From Schizochytrium sp. TIO01 (lineage: Eukaryota > Protista > Bigyra: Labyrinthulomycetes): a DNA stretch of 64,000 nt. The notes under the pieces are model-generated. The model had not been told where the DNA came from, did not search any database, and worked only from the letters and a program-made list of their open reading frames with translations. The stretch's first letter is position 1, and the number at the start of each line of letters is the position of its first letter. The position numbers and the translations under genes are program-made. The stretch spans positions 62,001 through 126,000 of the forward strand of contig SMSO01000005.1 in the NCBI GenBank assembly GCA_004764695.1, given 5' to 3'. Below are positions 56,801-64,000 of the stretch, piece after piece.

Positions 56801-57173
56801 ACGTCTTCATTTGGCCCACGACTACTGACGCCCATCCTGTTGCATTTGCAAGAACATCATTTCTAAAGGGCTCTTTCGTGCCCACAGAAATGTAGCAAAT
56901 CACTGTCTTGTTGGCGCTCTTAAGCGATGGAACGAGAGATGCCTGCGAGGACACATCGATATCAATGAAAACGACGTCCTGGTTTGCGACCTCGTCTTTG
57001 CCGCCTCCAGACCAGCCCCAGGCCAGCAGTGCCCATGTCGATCCCACGGGCACCTCTCGCCATGTAGTGCTTGCGTCTACGTTCTGCACCAGCGCCACTA
57101 GCGCCACCATCACGAAGGCCACCAGCATCGAGGCTGTGCTCGCCAGCGATACGCTGGCCCGCACGTGCCTCAT
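53886..57173 (-). CDS. Type I membrane protein with three GH114 domains and a PT-repeat linker (paralog of 48830-50911)
   Basis: 1095 aa from the first ATG (57173; the track start at 57179 is TTG), with a signal peptide. Domain 1 has GCDGIEPDNTDCY, GLKNSLEL and FAVNEQC. It is followed by (PTPQPTLQ)9, two degenerate domains, TM VVTGAIGATVGCVLILIYLSY and RRRR. Confidence 0.88.
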   Translation of the reverse strand: MRHVRASVSLASTASMLVAFVMVALVALVQNVDASTTWREVPVGSTWALLAWGWSGGGKDEVANQDVVFIDIDVSSQASLVPSLKSANKTVICYISVGTKEPFRNDVLANATGWASVVVGQMKTWDEQWLDITQLDTLQELMGPRFERAAAAGCDGIEPDNTDCYANTECYMNITAIGGSRAKAIAYQKEYNAWQITYAHSLNLSIGLKNSLELVTSMASSYDFAVNEQCLSESECGRMVYFTGSNKAVFNVEYKLESNTCSRASAHSMSSKMCAGADGMCVNGTWSDCTTPSPTSPPTLEPTPQPTLQPTPQPTLQTTPQPTLQPTPQPTLQPTPQPTLQPTPQPTLQPTPQPTLQPTPQPTLQPTPQPTLQPTTKKPTLQPTTYPTLVIVPTTSSPTPYPTIMVTTDAIDPSGSLVMSIPTGMRTVNPNTTFANMAWGWADGGKDNATGMDAVMVDLDTTSSEQINMWDEEHKLVVCYFSAGTRELYREDVLADPAAWQAATLNATLETSNAWLNISNLTAMQELLIPRLDRAVAHNCSAIAPDFMDCALQDTCTAFLPNATQALQDQLVFNRWLASAAHERGMLIALQNAPGLVQYLADDFDWAINSNCLSYDECSLYDPFYTRNKSIWVHHYNLDNQTSLCTEAQSLHIQLKFCDGGNNTVNFMCQDGTWHNCFNSLQAGELVAPPINYEARDLVPWANLVVGIPIDTADTSTASSTDSPTTVSETNTTTAANATTSESASDTTNSLRRLVDTRYSHSPHLRALDTIEAVTGDTSIADLDNVTGAEVVLVDLHTQDGQLNSKLVQSLYSNTRAVMCTFSAGVLETWRPDYEENATLWNNLTAFTNTRDWLNISSIDLRILMGKRIVSAANIGCSGILPLDVNCNSYASCRRAFGFSREEADIAQYAYNDWLASMASSQSLKIGLHANSKLADLMVSQYDFAMAEGCISRGECAAYMKFLNTSKPVFNREYSVTTSLCDASEQWGVSTKMCSGDASSQECSNNTTQVNCFGSVGTRGTNESSSDAVEEESDSHSLKLSPVVTGAIGATVGCVLILIYLSYRRRRSSRRRRNSSVDGTVTVFSHNSRHENFRD
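56055..56270 (-). repeat. Coding minisatellite, 9 x 24 bp, encoding (PTPQPTLQ)9 mucin-like linker
   Basis: The plus-strand unit CTGCAGCGTCGGTTGAGGAGTGGG repeats nine times with few substitutions. Confidence 0.95.
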
Positions 57174-60100
57174 TTTCAAGGAATTTCAGGTTTGCTGCTC
57201 CTTAAATTTTATTCGACCACAGGTTCAAATAGCTTATCGTGGTCCATCACTTTTTTAAGAACTTGAATTGGTTATTAATTTATGGAGCTTGAAAATAGCG
57301 ACATGACAGGATTGGTAGGTGGAGAGAGTTAAAGAGAACTACTAATACTATCGCTCTTCTGCTCTTTGCTACTTTTTTCACGCGCGCTCCCTCGGCCCTT
57401 AGATGGTCAATACCCACAGCAATAGGAGTCTGTTCTACTTCCTGAAGACGAGAAGAGAAACTTTCTCTTTGGTTTCGCTTTTTCTTTTATTGTTCCTTTT
57501 CAGGAGCCAAGTAGGACCTACCTAATGGTTCGAAAGGTCTATTAACCTGTCTGTCTGAGATACTGAAATGAATGCATGTGGGTGAGTATGTCGATCAAGA
57601 CGATAGTCCAAAGCATCATGAAGCTCGCTCTACGCACGGCGCACGCCAGAATTTTAATGAGCCTATGACAGGCGCTGTGCAGTCTGTGGAAGCATTGGAT
57701 GTTCGTAGGATTGGTGGCTCAGTGCAGGTCCTCGGGTGTTTTGGTTTATTTGAACCTTCTGTGTGGCGAGATACTCTTTTATAACTCGACTTGCCTTCTA
57801 TCACTTCTTTTTCATTTCTCATTTCAGTGACATGCGCAATGTTCCTCTATCTGAAGCCTTGTTCGCTCCATACCACTGCGCTTTTATCACCACTCCGATG
57901 TCAGGCTAAGTAGCTGGAGCCTCTGAAACACAAAGCTGTATAGCACCATTCACTCTTGTGATTATGCTCTTGTTTTCGAAGAAGGTCACGGTGTTGTCTT
58001 TTTCTTTTTTCTTTTTCTTTTTTTTCTTTCTTTCTTTAATAAAAAATAACACTTCCATTTAATTCCCTATTTCGAATACGTGATTCTCATGCTAATTATA
58101 ATTTTGATTATGATTTTGTCATGGAAAAGAGAGAGAGAAAGAAAGAAAACCATGACTGATCACACCCTATCAAACACTTGGAGCGCTGCCTGAAGGAATG
58201 TTTTCGCACGGACACGCCTAAGCCTGGATGACCTGACTGCGAGGATGGTACATCAGCCACGATCAAAAACTGAAGAGCGAATGGTATGCATACAGGCAGG
58301 GCGCCACCTCTAACCCGAACGAATTGTATGTGATGCCTAAATGAAATGCAAACTTAAACCTCTGTACGCTCAACTTGTAGAGTGTGCTCCTTTCATCACG
58401 TGAGAATGTTAAACATCAAACTCTGCATTTCGAACAAAGGACAATTTTAAGTAGTGTTCAAGCTTATTTACATCTACATACGAAGACGCACCTCACCTGT
58501 ATGGCAGTACTGTTAACCTACACAGGCGCGCGCCAATATTAAAACTGTAATTCACGTGCCGCCAGCTTTAGCAGCGACAAGTCTCTTATGATGCAGTAGG
58601 GTAGTACTCGTGCTTGTCTGGCTGAGTATGATGATTGAATGCAGCATATCAGCACACAGCTGCTCAAATTTATATTGTACAGAAGGGGTGTAGGACTTGG
58701 GGATCAAGACGATAAAATCGTATTTGGCTTTCGAAGTAACAGCTGTATCATGCTACCTATAGCTGATGAAAGAGATGATCTCCCAAGCATTATCATTAGG
58801 TAGTACAAAAAAAAGACAGAGCAGAGGCAAATACTACGAGCAGACATTTCCAGCACTGGACCAGAAAAGGTTTTCAAAGAACTGCTATCGCTGAAGTACT
58901 TAATTACTAAGTAGCCTAGCGCGCGGCCAAGGCTAAGTTCTTAGTCATCTACAGCAATAAGGAGATTCATTACGATACATTATCTACGACGCACTGCCTT
59001 TGGTTTGGTTACTTGGCTGTTTGGCTTTTGGCTTGCAGTGGGCTAGCCACTGGCCGGGATCATGGGATTGCGTGTTGTTTTGGCCAATGGAGCGTCCTTT
59101 TCTGCAATTCTCTTTGCTTTTGCATTTTCCTAAAAGCTCGTGATTCACGCTATTTCTCTTCCAAGGCTTTAAATTATTTGTTTTGTTTTACTCATAACTT
59201 TTAAACATTAAAAAATAAGTCTTTTAAAATATATAAATAAAGAGGAAAAGGGATGGCATTGACAAGGCGGTGGACTAAAAGTAGGGGAGCATGCCACAGT
59301 ATGTTAATCACAAGCCAGGGATTGAGATTGGTGTCTAAGAACATAAACTTCATGATATATTGGAAAATCTTGCCTTGCGTTTCTATCTAAAAGTTCAGTT
59401 TTTAATATTTTTTGTCCTGTGCATTCATTGGGCCCACACTTAACAGAGGTCTCCATTTACTTTTCGACGCACGTGCAGCACACACTTAAGGTGGATTAAG
59501 TCTGCACGTGAATATAGCCTACCAGGAAAGAGCTATAAAGCAAGTATATTCTTTAATAGAGGCAAACACCTTAAGCGGACGTGCGTCTTGAATCTGTGGG
59601 ACCGTGAGGTTCCCCCGCGGGAAGTCGCTGTTCCTATGTAGTTACTGCAGTTTTAAGCATCCCAGTTGAAACAATACAAGCTTCTGCGGACGTTAGAATA
59701 GCAAAACAAGATTCGGCTAGGACAATAAATCAAGTGTCCTGGCTCGAAGTTACATCCTGAAGCCAGAAAGTAATACCTATTAGTGGTGCTACTCCCTTGA
59801 TGAATAACTAAAACTACGAGGATGTCTGCGCCCACCCATCTTGAAGACAGTAAGAGCGGGAAAAAAAATAGAACGTATCTGCCAAGAGCTACTTGCTCTT
59901 TTCTGGTGTCTTCAACTCAAGCTGCTCATTTATTCTTCAGCTCCTCCTCAATATCTCTTATGCTACTCGCTTTCGATGCTTGAAGAATAGTATATCGCTA
60001 TTTCACTCACTGGAGCTCGTTCCTATTTTCAGGTTTTCTTTTGTACCAATGGGCATGGTACGAGAATGATTAATTTTTTAACATTATAATACTACGAAAT

Positions 60101-62096
60101 ATATCTTCATAAATAAAATTAAATTTTAGAAAAACAAAAAACAAAAAAAAACTTAAAAAAACTACCAACTTGAAGCAAGTTTAAACTTGAAGGGTCACTC
60201 GCTCGGACAGATGGTACCTTGAAAGCATTGGTAGAAGCCAGATCAAAGTTGCTTTCGATTTTGACCGGACGCGGAGGGATTATTCTCAGTGTACCGCGCG
60301 TTTTTGCGCGTCGTTGGCACAAACTACCCGTATAATTGGGTGCAACCTTCTGAAACCTGAGAGGAGCAATATTTCCGCCACTTCATCACGCTACTCTTAG
60401 GTACCACTCCTTCCTACTAAAGTCTGCTCGACTTGTTCTTGTAATTTGGCTAAGGGAATATTACTGCCACAACAGTGGACCAATCAACTTAAACCTAGTA
60501 AGCTATCTAGGTACCTCTAATAGAATATGAGAACGACACACTCTGTCTGACGCAAATTCAAAAGTTGGCAAGTCATACTCGCTAAATGGTGAGACTTGAA
60601 AGATGTGGTCTTGCCACCTTAGATACATATATAAATTCGTAGCTGGAATACGGTCGCTGCCCGGGTCTGCAAGTAGTTAACTTAAGCTTTTTTCTACTAC
60701 TTGTTTAATGTTCGTTTAAGCTCAATTTCACTTTAGTATTTTATTTGCTGAATAGAATACAAAGAAACTGCTTGGTTTTGAATATGTGTACTGTAAATGA
60801 AATATGTGCATCACTAGTTTTATTAATGACAATGTTAAGAATTCCTATTCGGCTAATGGTGGGATTTAGCCCAAATAATTGCAAGAGGCGTCCTAGAATG
60901 TAAGCAAGTATCTCTTGGCTCTTGCTGACAAAAATTTTGAGTAAAAAGAGCTCTTCTGACTCTATATAGTAATAACAATTTTGTAAACACTGCTAGAATG
61001 TGCAACAAAGATACAAGCGATGCTAACATAAGCGCAGTTTTCTACTTTGCTAATTCCAAAAAGTAATGCCTTCTTTAGCAAGACATTAATGTGAAGACGA
61101 GGTTTGTGCACAACTCCAAGAATTTCGAACTCGTTAGGAATTAGAAGGAAAACATGGTTTTCCAGACGTGGTGCAGATATGTTCCCCTTGGATGTTTTGA
61201 GAAAGATGACCTGCCATAAAATTTGTCTTTGATTTTCTTCTTGGACCTCCAGTCAACTAAAAGGATTGCTAGCAAAGTACTCTAGCGGGCGATCAGCACA
61301 AACTAATGGCAGGTACAAGAAGCTCTTTGAATGAAAACAGAAAAACCTACCTTAGACACTTGCAATTAAATTAGGCATGCTTAAACTTGATGAAGAAAGA
61401 AGTGGAAACTACATTAGGGTATCAAATATCGATCTTTCTAACGCAATGACACATCACTCAAGCTCCGACACGCACTATCTCTTTGCATAACATACTTTCA
61501 TTTACTTAAATTGTGCATACGATTAGTATCACTCACAATGTACTGTTTTTTGTTTGTTTTTCAACCATTTGTTTATGATTAGAAGAGAAAGTGCAGCTCG
61601 AACGTGACTTATGTAACGTATTTTGTACTGTCTAAAGCAGATCAAGGCATCGACCATCTTTGTCTTTTCAAAGTGAATTTTTTGTTGCCTTCTTTGTTTT
61701 AGAGAAGAAAAAAAAAAGTTGTCATAGCATGAAATATAAAATTCCAAGGAAACTATTAAAATATGCCGGAGTTGTTCGTCTGTTTTCCTAAAAGAAAGGT
61801 CCGTATTATAAGTCAATGGTTGGTGACATGAAGGAAATCATATTTAAGCGTTGATGATCTATTCTTATTAGGTGTAACGGAAACAAGCAAGTCAGCAAGC
61901 GAATTGGGTCGTGGATGGGGATAACTTTGCAGAATGTTAAAATCTTAAGCAATTCTTGCGCTACTTGCTCGATTTTTTCTCTCTAGGTAGGATACACGCC
62001 GTTCAATGAGTTCGAGGTGAGAGGCCATGCGCAGAAGGGACATAACTCTCCTTGCAGCCGCCCCAGCATCTCTAATACATTTGTTTCCTTTGCTGT

Positions 62097-63863
62097 TTAA
62101 TCTTCGTCGAGATCAACAATACCACTGCTATCAGCAAAACCGCGCAGCAACGCTACGTCGGCGGCATCGACTGGTCGTGGTGGGCCAGTTTTCTCATCTT
62201 CATTAGTAGCTGCCATTGTAAAATCACTATGGTATACAATATTCCGCTCTGGGAAAAGGCGTGCAACCATGCTCATAACCAAGTCCTCAATGAGCCCGCT
62301 CAGCATTGTTGGTAAGTAATGATCATAGACCTGTGATTTTGACAATGTTACACAAATTGGAGGGCCGCGGGCTTCGATTTCGGCTTGAATCCAAGTCTCG
62401 AGGCGTGCTACTTCAGCACGGATTTCGCGTGGTGCCGGCTTACCAATAGGGCCCAGATGCGGCGAGCGATCAAGAATAGACACAATAAAATCCCCAGACC
62501 ACTCAAGCACGTCCCTCTTAAAAATAGAATTCCAAGCATGGCGTTGCTCGCTGGTAAAACGATCGATTGCGCTTAAAAGACGATTCATGATTTCTGGGGA
62601 GGCAACATGACAATTGGTCTTCGCATCTCGCAGAGCCGACTCAACGCTTGTAAGAGAGGTCAGTCCCCGGCGTTCAGCAAGGTGAATAAACAGTCGCCGC
62701 ACAGACAGCACTTCAGCATCCTCCCGGTCGCCTGGACACGCAATGGCCCCCATAACGTGTTCCTGCACCCACTGTAGGTCGAAGCCATTTTCTTCAAAGA
62801 GCTCGATGCATGGGTCGTTTGTGGCAAGAAAATCAAAGTCAATGTCTAGAATCCAAGGCGCACCAAGTTTTCTATCATGGTGCACTTGTGCGTCCAGAGT
62901 CGAGACAATGACCTCCACGGGAGCTTGGTGCAATGTGATATCCTCTATTTTACATGACGCGAATTCTTCTGTGTCCTCATTCCGTGCCTGTGCTATTTGT
63001 TCATCCTCTTCCATATCTTCTGCTATGCTATCTCCATTGTTCTTCTCGGTAGTCCCCTTTACGTCAATATTCTCACCGGTGCGGTGGACTGGAGTGAGTT
63101 CTGCAAAGCACGCAAGCTCATCCTCGGGGTCGATTCCTGCTACTGCCGTGTACCATCCCACACCAGGTCCATTGTATGTGCCAACATCAAAGTCTGATCT
63201 CAGCCAGTGTACGGAATCTACAATTCCGGCAAGCACAGCGCGCGTGATGAAGTCTCCAATGGCGGCATCTTTGAGCACCCGCTTAAACATGCGCTCCACT
63301 GTAGAACCTCTCCCTGCTGGCAAGCCTTCGCTATCGACATCCATCATATCACTGTGAGAGTCCACGTGAACCACAGATACCCCCGTGCGTCCGCGCAGTT
63401 CTTGAACCCAGAAATCAAGAACATTACCATGCTGCTCGACGACGAGAATCGGCATTGAGTTCCATCCGAAGAGACTCGAAGCTGTTAAACCTACGCTGGT
63501 TTGGTGGTTGCCAGTTGAGAAGTGAACAAAGATGAGCGTGGCCAGCAATGCAGTGAAGATGACGACTGTGAGCCTACAAGGCTTAATCGTGAATGGCACC
63601 GTCGAATATATAGTGTTGGTGAATTTAGCGATTTTCATGGATTTCACGAACTTAGCGAGACTGGAGGCCGTTTGAGCCACTTTTGAGGAGAACTCGCGAC
63701 GAAGTTTCGAGGGATTAGAACGACCTCCATGAAGAGTACGATGGGTTGGCAGCGAAGAGGTAGATGGCGAAGAGGACGCGGTGGAGGCGGTGTCGCGTGG
63801 GCTCCATGGTGTCGCGCCGTTTTGGCCGTGGCCGTGACGTCTCGATTCCGACGCGCGGATCAT
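62097..63863 (-). CDS. UPF0489 (C5orf22-like) family protein with N-terminal type II membrane anchor
   Basis: 588 aa from the first ATG (63863; the track start at 63878 is TTG). Motifs PILVVEQHGNVLDFW, VVHVDSHSDM, IGDFITRAVLAG, WILDIDFDFLATNDP and CVTLSKSQ. A single hydrophobic stretch LTVVIFTALLATLIFVHF follows a basic, Ser-rich N-tail. The 5' end is close to the window edge. Confidence 0.78.
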   Translation of the reverse strand: MIRASESRRHGHGQNGATPWSPRDTASTASSSPSTSSLPTHRTLHGGRSNPSKLRREFSSKVAQTASSLAKFVKSMKIAKFTNTIYSTVPFTIKPCRLTVVIFTALLATLIFVHFSTGNHQTSVGLTASSLFGWNSMPILVVEQHGNVLDFWVQELRGRTGVSVVHVDSHSDMMDVDSEGLPAGRGSTVERMFKRVLKDAAIGDFITRAVLAGIVDSVHWLRSDFDVGTYNGPGVGWYTAVAGIDPEDELACFAELTPVHRTGENIDVKGTTEKNNGDSIAEDMEEDEQIAQARNEDTEEFASCKIEDITLHQAPVEVIVSTLDAQVHHDRKLGAPWILDIDFDFLATNDPCIELFEENGFDLQWVQEHVMGAIACPGDREDAEVLSVRRLFIHLAERRGLTSLTSVESALRDAKTNCHVASPEIMNRLLSAIDRFTSEQRHAWNSIFKRDVLEWSGDFIVSILDRSPHLGPIGKPAPREIRAEVARLETWIQAEIEARGPPICVTLSKSQVYDHYLPTMLSGLIEDLVMSMVARLFPERNIVYHSDFTMAATNEDEKTGPPRPVDAADVALLRGFADSSGIVDLDED

Positions 63864-64000
63864 GCCACAAAGCCCCAAGGAGCCGGCGCAGCGAGCAACG
63901 TATAAACAGAGAAGCCAGGAATGTGAGACAAAGGAGGTGACCCGCTTAGTTTGGTCTTTGCGTGGCCAATAGATGAAACTAAGTAACCGGCCACGGGACG

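Overview
This is eukaryotic nuclear DNA that is gene-sparse, with mostly intron-free genes and long AT-rich spacers. Gene style and content suggest a stramenopile, probably a thraustochytrid/labyrinthulomycete; that assignment is an inference. Twelve protein-coding genes are supported: mitoribosomal mS29/DAP3 (truncated by the window edge and missing from the ORF track), a PA-domain SPP-like aspartyl protease, a phospholipid scramblase, a phosphagen kinase, a TPT/SLC35E transporter, a 3-exon G-protein beta subunit (reconstructed here), mitoribosomal uL15m, a tandem-domain sulfatase, a FATP-type acyl-CoA synthetase, two paralogous multi-domain membrane-anchored GH114 glycosidases, and a type II membrane UPF0489 protein. 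The most notable signal is the 41-64 kb block. Three secreted or surface glycan enzymes there each fuse one catalytically intact domain to one or two catalytically degraded copies, and a membrane-anchored arginase/deacetylase-fold protein lies next to them. This is a candidate amino-/sulfated-glycan remodelling or sensing locus. Also notable are a phosphagen kinase with both a mitochondrial-type N-terminus and a PTS1 (AKL), RxL(R)-type motifs in loops of the dead GH114 domains, and a pervasive intergenic TAGGTA/TACCTA palindromic motif. No tRNA, rRNA, CRISPR array or recognisable transposon was found by eye.
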